IMG/VR virus record: IMGVR_UViG_3300044609_000595
Span: 1 to 64,000 of that record
DNA: 64,000 nucleotides
Source: a virus
Strand: one strand, 5' to 3'
The position numbers were made by a program, and so were the translations under genes. The notes under the pieces were generated by a model. That model did not search any database, was not told the origin of the DNA, and worked only from the letters and a program-made list of their open reading frames with translations. This document shows positions 1 through 8,315 of the stretch, piece by piece. Each line of letters begins with the position of its first letter. Within the stretch, counting starts at the first letter, position 1.

Positions 1-2
1 AT

Positions 3-1493
3 CAATCTGGTGGCAATAGTACTGCCCAAGATGCTCCTATTGGTTCTGGTGGCGGTGGTCCTAATGACCAGCAAAAGAATGAAGAAGTTTCTAAAACTCA
101 GCAAGCATTTGATCAGCAAACAGAAAAGCTTACCAATCAGTATGCTAGTGAAACTACTTACATCGAACGTCCTGAAATTAAAATCGATGAGACGATTGCT
201 GACTACAAAATGCTGAACGATCACATCAACAATTGTTTTGATGAAGTTCTTACCTGTGGTCGTTATTCTATGAATGCTTTCGATCAAGTTGATAAAGATT
301 ATCGGAAGTATCGTGCAGAAGCACAAAAGGAAGTAAACTATCTGGTTAAAGAGTTTGAAATGAAGAAGTCGGCAGATGCTTATCAGCGTATGTCTACTGC
401 TCGTACTGGCACTCTCGACACCACCAAACTTCACACGTACAAGTACAACGAAGATATCTTCCGTAAGGTTTCTGTGATTCCTGACGGCAAGAATCATGGT
501 CTAGTATTTGTGCTGGACTGGTCTGGTTCGATGAATGATTATCTGCTTGACACTGTGAAGCAACTGTTGAACCTTGTGTGGTTCTGTAAGAAAGTTCAGA
601 TTCCTTTTGAGGTGTATGCCTTCACTTACGAGTGGAGCAACTCTTATGTTGATGCTAACTACAGTGCTCCTAAGTCTCTGTATAAAAAACAGGATGGTAC
701 TATTGAAGTTCATCGTCGTTTCCGAATGTTGAATTTCCTGAGTTCCCGTGCCAACAATAAGGTGCTTGACAATTGTATTTTGAATCTGTGGCGTCTTGCT
801 GCCCGAGAAGATTCTAATTACGCTGGTGCTACTTATCATCACTATAGTGTTCCTAGTGGTCTGGATCTGAGTGGAACTCCTCTTAACGAATCTATCATTG
901 CTCTCCATCAAATCATTCCTCAGTTCAAGACTCGGAACAAACTTCAGAAAGTTAACGTTGTCATTCTGACTGACGGCGAAGCAAATCATCTGAACTTTGA
1001 TATCAATATTCAGCGTCCTAATGGTTCTTACAATTATCTTGGGCAGAATTACATTAACAATGGAAATGCTCTCCGTGATCGTAAAATTGGTTACGTGTAT
1101 CGTAACTTCGAAATGGATAACGTGAATAGCAACCTCACTGCTATTCTGCTTGAGAATCTGAAAGACAACTTCCCTGAAGTCAATCTAATTGGATTCCGAA
1201 TTGCTAGTGGCAATAGTTTCTCTTATCTTTATCGTTCTCTTTACAAATCTACTGGTGGAGTTGAACCTGATGAAGCTATGAAAGTGTGGCGTAAAGAAAA
1301 GACCTACGAAATCAATGGCATGGGATACGATGCTCTGTACATGATTTCTTCCAGTGATCTGTCAGTAGACACCACGCTGACAGTTGAGGAAGAGGCCACT
1401 GCTGCTGACATCGGACGGGCATTCCGTACTATGCTCAAGAAGAAGACGACGAACAAAAAGCTTCTGTCGTCCTTCGCCACTCTGGTGGCTTGA
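3..1493 (+). CDS. CobT-like vWA-domain protein, 5' truncated by the window edge
   Basis: Frame is open from base 3 into ORF 210..1493. MIDAS motif (VLDWSGSM), GTPL and ILTDGE are present. Lies next to cobS, as in T4-like cyanophages. Confidence 0.8.
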   Translation, partial: QSGGNSTAQDAPIGSGGGGPNDQQKNEEVSKTQQAFDQQTEKLTNQYASETTYIERPEIKIDETIADYKMLNDHINNCFDEVLTCGRYSMNAFDQVDKDYRKYRAEAQKEVNYLVKEFEMKKSADAYQRMSTARTGTLDTTKLHTYKYNEDIFRKVSVIPDGKNHGLVFVLDWSGSMNDYLLDTVKQLLNLVWFCKKVQIPFEVYAFTYEWSNSYVDANYSAPKSLYKKQDGTIEVHRRFRMLNFLSSRANNKVLDNCILNLWRLAAREDSNYAGATYHHYSVPSGLDLSGTPLNESIIALHQIIPQFKTRNKLQKVNVVILTDGEANHLNFDINIQRPNGSYNYLGQNYINNGNALRDRKIGYVYRNFEMDNVNSNLTAILLENLKDNFPEVNLIGFRIASGNSFSYLYRSLYKSTGGVEPDEAMKVWRKEKTYEINGMGYDALYMISSSDLSVDTTLTVEEEATAADIGRAFRTMLKKKTTNKKLLSSFATLVA

Positions 1494-1543
1494 ATTTTTT
1501 CTTCTGACATGATAAAATTTGAAAAACATTATTCACTGAAACA

Positions 1544-2020
1544 ATGATCTCCATTCAATCTGCTATAGAATCAAATAACATTCCAGTCCTTCTTGAATAT
1601 CTTTCGGACTATGCAGAATCAAATCGAATTTATTATAAAGGAAATCTAGTAAATCCTAAAAATTCAGTTTGCTTTCGTGGTATTCAACAATTTTTGGAAG
1701 AACATAATGTATACACTAAACAATTAGCAAAAGAAATGTCGGATTTTGCTCATAAAAATCTTGAAGATATTGAACAAATTTGTCCAAAATTTTCTAAAAC
1801 TTATAAAAAAGCTATTCAAAGAAAAAGAAAAATTAAAAAACAAAAAGATAAAGTAGTAGAAAATAATTTAATTACATATTTTGAAGAAAATCCTTCGGAA
1901 AATTATGTCAAAAAAGAATCAGTAGATTCAATTGATTCTGAAGTAGAAAAAATTCTAAAGCTTGCCGCCAAACTAAATGCCAAGACATTCAAGTTTGGTG
2001 ATTGTGAAGTCACTTTTTAA
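1544..2020 (+). CDS. Hypothetical protein, AT-rich and Lys-rich
   Basis: 158-aa ORF, clearly more AT-rich than its neighbours; no recognisable motif. Confidence 0.6.
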   Translation: MISIQSAIESNNIPVLLEYLSDYAESNRIYYKGNLVNPKNSVCFRGIQQFLEEHNVYTKQLAKEMSDFAHKNLEDIEQICPKFSKTYKKAIQRKRKIKKQKDKVVENNLITYFEENPSENYVKKESVDSIDSEVEKILKLAAKLNAKTFKFGDCEVTF

Positions 2021-2094
2021 ACCGTCCACCGAAGGCTCCACAACCACCAATCCACCTGCTACACTTATTTCATCCACAAAGGAGATTACTCATC

Positions 2095-3228
2095 ATGGCT
2101 CGTAAAGCAAACATTGAACAAGAAGCTCTCGTCGCTTACATTTCCACCCACTTCGGCGAAGACTTCGGCAGCAACGCTGTAATTGCTGCTGCCGATGAAT
2201 TCGGTAGTTCTTATCCCACCATTGCCAAGCGTCTTGAGCAATACAAGACTGGTCATGGTCGTTGGAACCTGACTGCCCAAGATATTGAAAACACTTACAA
2301 CGCTCCTGCTGCCGAACCTGTCGAGCAAGCAGTTGAGCATGTTGTGATCCACCGTGAAAACCTGATTCCTGATAAAGATGCTAACTTCGTCAGCTTTGGT
2401 AACTTTAGTGATGTTAAGAAAATTATTTCTTCTGGGATTTTCTATCCTGTGTTCATCACTGGTATGTCTGGCAACGGTAAAACTTTCGGTGTGGAGCAAG
2501 CTTGTGCTCAACTGAAGCGTGAACTGATTCGTGTCAACATCACCATCGAGACTGATGAAGACGATCTGATCGGTGGCTTCCGTCTGATCAATGGCGAAAC
2601 TGTGTGGCACAACGGTCCTGTGATCGAAGCACTTGAGCGTGGTGCTGTTCTGCTGCTTGACGAAATCGACCTTGCTTCTAACAAGATCCTGTGTCTCCAG
2701 TCCATCCTTGAAGGTAAGGGTGTGTTCCTGAAGAAGACTGGTCGTTATGTCAAACCCACCGCTGGTTTCACTATCGTTGCCACTGCTAACACCAAAGGTA
2801 AGGGCAGTGATGACGGTCGTTTCATCGGCACCAACGTTCTGAACGAAGCATTTCTTGAGCGATTTGCTCTCACCTTTGAGCAAGACTATCCTGCTCCTAA
2901 GACTGAGCAGAAGATTCTCCAGAAGCTTTCTGTCAAACTTGGTTGCCTGGATGAAGAGTTCTGTGAGAAGCTTGCTTCTTGGGCAGATATCATTCGCAAG
3001 ACTTTCAAGGAAGGTGGCGTTGATGAAGTGATCAGCACTCGTCGTCTGTCTCACATCATTCGTGCTTACAGCATTTTTGGCAAGCGTATGAAAGCGATTC
3101 AAGTTTGCGTGAATCGTTTCGATGACGAAACCAAGTCCAGCTTCATGGAACTGTACGACAAGATTGATGCTAGCATTGGTGCTGATGCTGATGCCCAAAC
3201 TGAAACTGAGGTAAATGAAGAAGCCTGA
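2095..3228 (+). CDS. cobS: CobS/MoxR-like AAA+ ATPase
   Basis: Walker A GMSGNGKT, Walker B LLLDEID, ATANTKG and NEAFLERF motifs; AGGAG RBS. Confidence 0.9.
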   Translation: MARKANIEQEALVAYISTHFGEDFGSNAVIAAADEFGSSYPTIAKRLEQYKTGHGRWNLTAQDIENTYNAPAAEPVEQAVEHVVIHRENLIPDKDANFVSFGNFSDVKKIISSGIFYPVFITGMSGNGKTFGVEQACAQLKRELIRVNITIETDEDDLIGGFRLINGETVWHNGPVIEALERGAVLLLDEIDLASNKILCLQSILEGKGVFLKKTGRYVKPTAGFTIVATANTKGKGSDDGRFIGTNVLNEAFLERFALTFEQDYPAPKTEQKILQKLSVKLGCLDEEFCEKLASWADIIRKTFKEGGVDEVISTRRLSHIIRAYSIFGKRMKAIQVCVNRFDDETKSSFMELYDKIDASIGADADAQTETEVNEEA

Positions 3229-3382
3229 GTTTCACGGTTACATTGGTAACATTGCCGTCCTTCGGGACGGTAGTTCCGTCAGGATTCTTGGCGGACACAA
3301 TTCAAAACTTTTCGTGAAGACACTTGACGGAACAATCAAAGAGTGCTATCATGAAGATCTACAGTATGTAACGGAGGAATGA
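3215..3382 (+). CDS. Small hypothetical protein (55 aa, MKKPEFHGYIG...)
   Basis: Read manually. GAGGT upstream, fills the gap, and its stop overlaps the next ATG. Confidence 0.6.
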   Translation: MKKPEFHGYIGNIAVLRDGSSVRILGGHNSKLFVKTLDGTIKECYHEDLQYVTEE

Positions 3383-3693
3383 AAATGCAATGGAAGTACA
3401 ATGAGGATAAGATCCTCAAGGATGTCGAGGATTATGTAGTCAGCACTTACCATGGACACTACTGTGGTGACGAAGATGGATACGCTGACATTCAAACAAT
3501 TGATTTGATGGCAGCAAAGAAACTTGCCGCTGGATTTTGTCAAGCAAATATCCTTAAGTATGGATCTCGCTACGGTGATAAGGATGGTCGTAACAAGCGG
3601 GATCTTATGAAAGTGATTCACTACGCTATGCTACTGCTTCACTTCGATAGTCACTACACCCGCACTCAAAACGGTCTCCAGGAGTTTAAATGA
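3379..3693 (+). CDS. DUF3310-like phage protein
   Basis: HY...QTID...FCQANILKYGSRYG.K...DLMKVIHY pattern. Confidence 0.7.
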   Translation: MKMQWKYNEDKILKDVEDYVVSTYHGHYCGDEDGYADIQTIDLMAAKKLAAGFCQANILKYGSRYGDKDGRNKRDLMKVIHYAMLLLHFDSHYTRTQNGLQEFK

Positions 3694-4358
3694 GTACAGT
3701 ATCTATTTCGCAACAAACAATGATGGTGCTTAAAAATTATTCCACCATCAATGGATCTATTCTTATTCGAGAAGGATCTCAATTGAAAACTATTAACATC
3801 GGTGAGAATCTTATTTCACAGTATGATTGCGAAGAAGTGTTCCCACAAACGTTTGCAATTTATGATCTCAATCAATTTCTTGCTGGCATTTCTTTGTTTC
3901 AAGATCCAGTTCTAGAGTTTGCTAACGCAGAATATCTTACGATTCGTGGAGATGGACGTAGTGCAAAATACTATTTTTCTGATCCCGAAATTACTTTGAA
4001 GACTGCCCCTGATCGCAAGGTCAATTTTCCAGGTGCTGATATTGAATTTTCTATTAGCAAAAGTCAGTTGGAAGCACTTGGTAAAGCAGCGAATGTCTAT
4101 GGCATTCCTGATCTGGTATTCAAATCATCTGCTGGTGGTACTGTATCACTGAACCTATGTGATCGAGAAAACGAAACTAGTAATGTTTATTCCCAGGAAA
4201 TTTTGGGAGACAATACTGGTGAGTATGAGTTGACAATGAAGATGGAAAATGTTAACCTTGTTCAGGGAGATTATGATGTAAAAATTTCCAGTAAACTAAT
4301 TACTGAATGGAAACATACCCGCCTCCCTCTCGTCTACTACATTGCTCTTGAACCTTGA
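3690..4358 (+). CDS. gp45: Sliding clamp
   Basis: LKNYSTINGSI, FAIYDLNQFL and C-terminal YYIALEP; synteny with gp44. Confidence 0.92.
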   Translation: MSTVSISQQTMMVLKNYSTINGSILIREGSQLKTINIGENLISQYDCEEVFPQTFAIYDLNQFLAGISLFQDPVLEFANAEYLTIRGDGRSAKYYFSDPEITLKTAPDRKVNFPGADIEFSISKSQLEALGKAANVYGIPDLVFKSSAGGTVSLNLCDRENETSNVYSQEILGDNTGEYELTMKMENVNLVQGDYDVKISSKLITEWKHTRLPLVYYIALEP

Positions 4359-5302
4359 TGAATAAGAAATTTTTGTGGGTGGAAGAATATCGTCCTCATA
4401 CTCTTGAGGATTGTATTCTTCCAGTGAATATTAAAAACTCCTTTAAAGGATTTATTGAGCAGAAAGAAATTCCAAATCTTCTGCTCTGTGGCTCTGCTGG
4501 TGTAGGCAAGACCACTGTTGCTAAAGCAATTTGTGATGAGATCGGCGCCTCCTACATCGTGATCAACGGATCTGATGAGGGGCGCTTTCTCGACACCGTT
4601 CGGAACAAGGTCAGGCAATTCGCCACAACTGTCTCACTGACCTCTGGAGCAGCCCACAAAGTCGTCATTATTGACGAGGCTGACAACACCACTCAGGATG
4701 TCCAGCTCTCGCTCAGGACGGCTGTGGAAGAGTTTCATGGCAACTGTCGATTCATCTTCACCTGCAACTTCCCAAATAAAATCATTCAACCATTGCACTC
4801 ACGATGCACTGTAATTGATTTTAAGATTAATAATACTGAGGTTGATAAACTTCAGGCGAAGTTCTTTGTTCGTTTGAAAAATATTCTTGACGAGAATACA
4901 ATTGAATATGACGACAAAGTTTTGATCAAACTGATTAGACGTTATTATCCAGATTGGAGGAGGTTGATTAATGAAGCACAGAGACACAGTGCCAACGGAC
5001 GGATTGATTCTTCTGTTCTTGTTGACATTGCCGACATTAATCTGGATGATTTGGTTCGGGCGTTAAAGAACAAAGAATTTACGACAGTTAAGAAATGGGT
5101 TGTTGATAACATTGACAACGATCCAGCTATCGTAATGAGAAAACTTTACGACTCTCTTTATGATACTCTTAAAGGTTCTTCTATTCCAGAAGCTGTTTTA
5201 ATTATTGCCAAATACATGCGAGATATTACAGTGGTTGCTGACCAAGAAATCAATCTTCTTGCTTGTCTAACTGAAATTATGATGGGGTGTGAATTTAAAT
5301 GA
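4355..5302 (+). CDS. gp44: Clamp loader large subunit
   Basis: LWVEEYRP, GSAGVGKTT, IIDEAD and SRC motifs. Confidence 0.95.
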   Translation: MMNKKFLWVEEYRPHTLEDCILPVNIKNSFKGFIEQKEIPNLLLCGSAGVGKTTVAKAICDEIGASYIVINGSDEGRFLDTVRNKVRQFATTVSLTSGAAHKVVIIDEADNTTQDVQLSLRTAVEEFHGNCRFIFTCNFPNKIIQPLHSRCTVIDFKINNTEVDKLQAKFFVRLKNILDENTIEYDDKVLIKLIRRYYPDWRRLINEAQRHSANGRIDSSVLVDIADINLDDLVRALKNKEFTTVKKWVVDNIDNDPAIVMRKLYDSLYDTLKGSSIPEAVLIIAKYMRDITVVADQEINLLACLTEIMMGCEFK

Positions 5303-5691
5303 ATAATTTTCAATCTGAAAGCAAAAAATCTGGAGATGAATTTGAATTTCTTGTGGAACAAGATCTTGTTAATAGGGATGGAATCATAGTTGGCAAAGAT
5401 TATTGTGTAAAAGAACTTGGAATAGAGCTGGATTACATTGCTGATTTGCCAACTAGAACGGAATATGTTGAAGCAAAGGGTGGGAATCCTGGTGGCAAAA
5501 AACGTCCAGGAGCACAACGAACTGATAATGTTAAAAAAGCTGTGTGTAATGGTGCTCTACTGAAACATCTTTATAAGTCAGCATATTATGTAATCTATTT
5601 TTCTGCCCCCCCGAAACCAAATAGTTATTCTCACAACATGATATTGACTGCTCTGGAAGCTGGCTACGTTGATGAGGTTCGTTATCTATGA
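5299..5691 (+). CDS. PD-(D/E)XK restriction-endonuclease-like nuclease
   Basis: G.EFE helix, then ELDYIA and YVEAKG, the catalytic pattern of this fold. Confidence 0.6.
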   Translation: MNNFQSESKKSGDEFEFLVEQDLVNRDGIIVGKDYCVKELGIELDYIADLPTRTEYVEAKGGNPGGKKRPGAQRTDNVKKAVCNGALLKHLYKSAYYVIYFSAPPKPNSYSHNMILTALEAGYVDEVRYL

Positions 5692-5927
5692 AAGTAAAAA
5701 CTACTCCAGAGAATGTTCGTGAGGCTAACGAGGGATTGTTTCGTTCTACAATGAATTTACCTGAGGCTGCCTATCATTGTGGTATGACTCAGAAAGAAAT
5801 GAAAATGACTTTCCGAGAATATTTAAAATATCATAAACCAGATTGGGACAGTGCAAAAACTGTCCCCGTCGCACCTTTATCAGAAAGTTGCTTTGCTACT
5901 ATTGATGAAACCCAAGGAGGATTTTGA
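5688..5927 (+). CDS. Conserved cyanophage hypothetical protein
   Basis: 79-aa ORF (MNLPEAAYHCGMT); start overlaps the upstream stop. Confidence 0.65.
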   Translation: MKVKTTPENVREANEGLFRSTMNLPEAAYHCGMTQKEMKMTFREYLKYHKPDWDSAKTVPVAPLSESCFATIDETQGGF

Positions 5928-5929
5928 TT

Positions 5930-6073
5930 ATGAAATGCCGTGTGAAACTTTATGTCGGTGGTCGTGTTTTCTATGAAGATGTGATTGCTACTAATTATCA
6001 AGATGCAAAAGAAGTTGCTCTTGCTCGCAATCCTAATGCAACTGTTATGGGTGTTACCGCTATTTTTGAATGA
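5930..6073 (+). CDS. Small hypothetical protein (47 aa, MKCRVKLYVGG...ARNPNATV)
   Basis: Read manually. GGAGG RBS; stop overlaps the gp62 ATG. Confidence 0.7.
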   Translation: MKCRVKLYVGGRVFYEDVIATNYQDAKEVALARNPNATVMGVTAIFE

Positions 6074-6456
6074 AGTACGAATTAAAAGATTATTTAAACT
6101 CTATTAACCAAACAAAACAGAAAATTCTTGATGATGATCAGGAAGCAGTGAAGAGTTATCCCCCATTTATTATTAATAAATGTCTTTCTTCATTTACAGA
6201 TGCAATTTTATATGCAAATGAAATGAATAAAAATGCTCATCTTCCCAAGAAGATGCAATTTGACTTTTTTATAAATAGTTTGAAGCCAAGGAAGAGGTTT
6301 TCTCCCTGGGTCAAAAAACAAACTTTAGAGCATCTTGAATTGGTGAAAGAGTATTATGGCTATAGTCATACTAAAGCTCTGGAAGCCTTAGAGATTCTCA
6401 CAACTGAACAACTTGTAGCAATTAAAAAGGCATTGAATAAGGGTGGAACAAAATGA
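6070..6456 (+). CDS. gp62: Clamp loader small subunit
   Basis: YPPFIINKCLS, KPRKRFSPW and VKEYYGYS motifs. Confidence 0.92.
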   Translation: MKYELKDYLNSINQTKQKILDDDQEAVKSYPPFIINKCLSSFTDAILYANEMNKNAHLPKKMQFDFFINSLKPRKRFSPWVKKQTLEHLELVKEYYGYSHTKALEALEILTTEQLVAIKKALNKGGTK

Positions 6457-6875
6457 CAGATGATATTGTAATTCAGTGGCAACAATCTGATATGGTGGAG
6501 GTTTCTCTGGCTGAGCCAGATGACTTTTTGAAAGTCCGTGAAACCCTTACGAGAATCGGTGTTGCTTCTAGGAAAGAAAAAAAGATTTATCAATCTTGCC
6601 ATATTCTTCATAAGCAAGGTAGATATTATATCGTTCATTTCAAAGAACTATTTGCTTTGGATGGCAAACATACTAATCTTTCGTTGAATGATGTTCAGCG
6701 TAGGAATCGTATCATTCAATTGCTTTCAGATTGGGGTCTGATTACTGTAACAACTCCTGAAAAAATTGAGGACGTTGCTCCACTCAATCAAATTAAAGTT
6801 CTTGCCTTTAAAGAAAAGGATGAATGGACTTTGGAAAGCAAGTATAATATCGGTCGGAAGAAAACCGAAGTCTGA
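6453..6875 (+). CDS. regA: Translational repressor RegA
   Basis: DDFLKVRETLTRIG and CHILHKQGRYYIVHFKELF. Confidence 0.95.
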   Translation: MTDDIVIQWQQSDMVEVSLAEPDDFLKVRETLTRIGVASRKEKKIYQSCHILHKQGRYYIVHFKELFALDGKHTNLSLNDVQRRNRIIQLLSDWGLITVTTPEKIEDVAPLNQIKVLAFKEKDEWTLESKYNIGRKKTEV

Positions 6876-7003
6876 TGAGAACAGTCAAGGTTCAGTTTCT
6901 CACACCAGAAAAAACTATAGTGTGGGTAACAATACCTTGGGGCAAAAAACATCTTGATTGGTATCGCAACAGAGGGTATATTATACTAATGACCGAACAA
7001 TAA
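6875..7003 (+). CDS. Small hypothetical protein (42 aa)
   Basis: Read manually. ATG overlaps the regA stop; ends at the terminator. Confidence 0.4.
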   Translation: MRTVKVQFLTPEKTIVWVTIPWGKKHLDWYRNRGYIILMTEQ

Positions 7004-7033
7004 TAGTGGGGTTTACGACACCCCACTATTTTT
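7002..7033 (+). terminator. Rho-independent terminator
   Basis: AATAGTGGGGT / ACCCCACTATT stem followed by a T-run. Confidence 0.75.
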
Positions 7034-7102
7034 GTTTGTGTGCTAAATTATATTAGACGCCTTCGGGGTCTTAAACACTCGCTTATTAAAGGAGAACTAC
7101 CA

Positions 7103-7540
7103 ATGACTAAATACACTTGGGATGCTTATTCCCCATTTTCTGTAGGGCTAGATGATATTTTTAATCGTCTGGATGCTATGTCTGGTCACACAACTAGCTA
7201 CCCTCCATATAACTTAATCAAGAATGACAATAGTAATTACGAGATTGAGATTGCTCTTGCAGGATTTAAACCACAGGAAATCGAAGTCTCAACAGAACAA
7301 AATATTCTCACAGTTACCAGCAAAGTTGAGAAACGAGATTCTGAACGAACATACCTACACAAAGGGCTCTCCAAACGTTCTTTCAGAAACACCTGGCAAT
7401 TGGCAGATGATGTAAAAATTTCTGATGTTCAATTTGCTGATGGTCTATTGATCATTTCTTTGGAAAAGATTATTCCAGAAGAAAAGAAAAAAACCACTTA
7501 CTCTATTAAGACAAGTGATCGTCAACTTCTCGTGGAATAA
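7103..7540 (+). CDS. hsp20: Small heat-shock protein Hsp20
   Basis: YPPYNLI, IEIALAGF and DGLLIISL motifs; AAGGAG RBS places the start at 7103. Confidence 0.92.
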   Translation: MTKYTWDAYSPFSVGLDDIFNRLDAMSGHTTSYPPYNLIKNDNSNYEIEIALAGFKPQEIEVSTEQNILTVTSKVEKRDSERTYLHKGLSKRSFRNTWQLADDVKISDVQFADGLLIISLEKIIPEEKKKTTYSIKTSDRQLLVE

Positions 7541-7560
7541 ATAAATCGTATCGTCGCCGC

Positions 7561-7616
7561 AGGGGCCGAGCTGGTCAGAATCAGCTCTTGCCCCTTTTTT
7601 CTTTTTGTGCTATAAT
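7561..7616 (+). promoter_or_regulatory. Terminator hairpin overlapping a sigma70-like promoter
   Basis: AGGGGC..GAGCTG / CAGCTC..GCCCCT stem with T-run; TTGCCC (7588) N17 TATAAT (7611). Confidence 0.65.
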
Positions 7617-7639
7617 GTTAGAATTCTGATTGGAGAATT

Positions 7640-8032
7640 ATGGAAAATTTAAATGCGTCTATTGTTATCATGAAAACAGGGACACAAATTATTTGTGATC
7701 TGAAAGAAGTTTTCGATGGAGAGGGTGATGCCCGAAAAGGTGTGTGTCTTCTAATGATTCACCCATACGAACTTTCTCTTATTTCGGTTGGTGGAGAAGA
7801 TAGCCAGCAAGATCTTCAAGTTAAGTTTAGTCGCTGGTGTCCATACTCTGTAGATTATCAATTCAAAATTCCTTATGATTCTGTAACTGCTATTGGAGTG
7901 CCTGATTCTGGTTTGGAACAAGCATATAGAGCAAAGATTGAACAAGTAAATCAAGCTATGAATGCTAATGCTCGTCTACAACAAGAAGAAATTGAAAAAG
8001 TTGTGAACCCCGAAGTTGTTACTGATGAATGA
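7640..8032 (+). CDS. Conserved T4-like cyanophage hypothetical protein
   Basis: 130-aa ORF with GGAG RBS, in the usual position before gp43. Confidence 0.75.
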   Translation: MENLNASIVIMKTGTQIICDLKEVFDGEGDARKGVCLLMIHPYELSLISVGGEDSQQDLQVKFSRWCPYSVDYQFKIPYDSVTAIGVPDSGLEQAYRAKIEQVNQAMNANARLQQEEIEKVVNPEVVTDE

Positions 8033-8315
8033 AACTATTAAATTAATTCGTTTTGATGGTGTGTGGATCATTTCGGAAGTTGAAGAAATTCCTGATGTGG
8101 AGTTCGGAGACCCAGATTGTGTGCTAAAATACCCGTATGAGGTGGATGGGTCCTGTGTGGGACCTTTCCCTCCATACTCCAGAGACCGTGAGTTTATTGT
8201 TAGATCTTCTGAGATCAGCCTAATTGCCGATCCATCTGATTTTCTTTACAATCAATATCGTGGTCTAGTTGAAATAGAAAAACCTGCTCCTATTGCCGAA
8301 GAATCTGAAGAATGA
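8025..8315 (+). CDS. Conserved cyanophage hypothetical protein
   Basis: GDPDCVLKYPY motif; overlaps the gp43 start. Confidence 0.7.
   Translation: MNETIKLIRFDGVWIISEVEEIPDVEFGDPDCVLKYPYEVDGSCVGPFPPYSRDREFIVRSSEISLIADPSDFLYNQYRGLVEIEKPAPIAEESEE

Noticed and set aside
10-216. 68-aa ORF at the window start
   Set aside because: Out-of-frame shadow. Frame 3 is open from base 3 and continuous with the vWA gene.
2086-3198. 370-aa antisense ORF over cobS (similar ones lie over gp32 and the porin)
   Set aside because: It mirrors a conserved sense gene. Codon bias removes antisense stops, and there is no RBS or motif.
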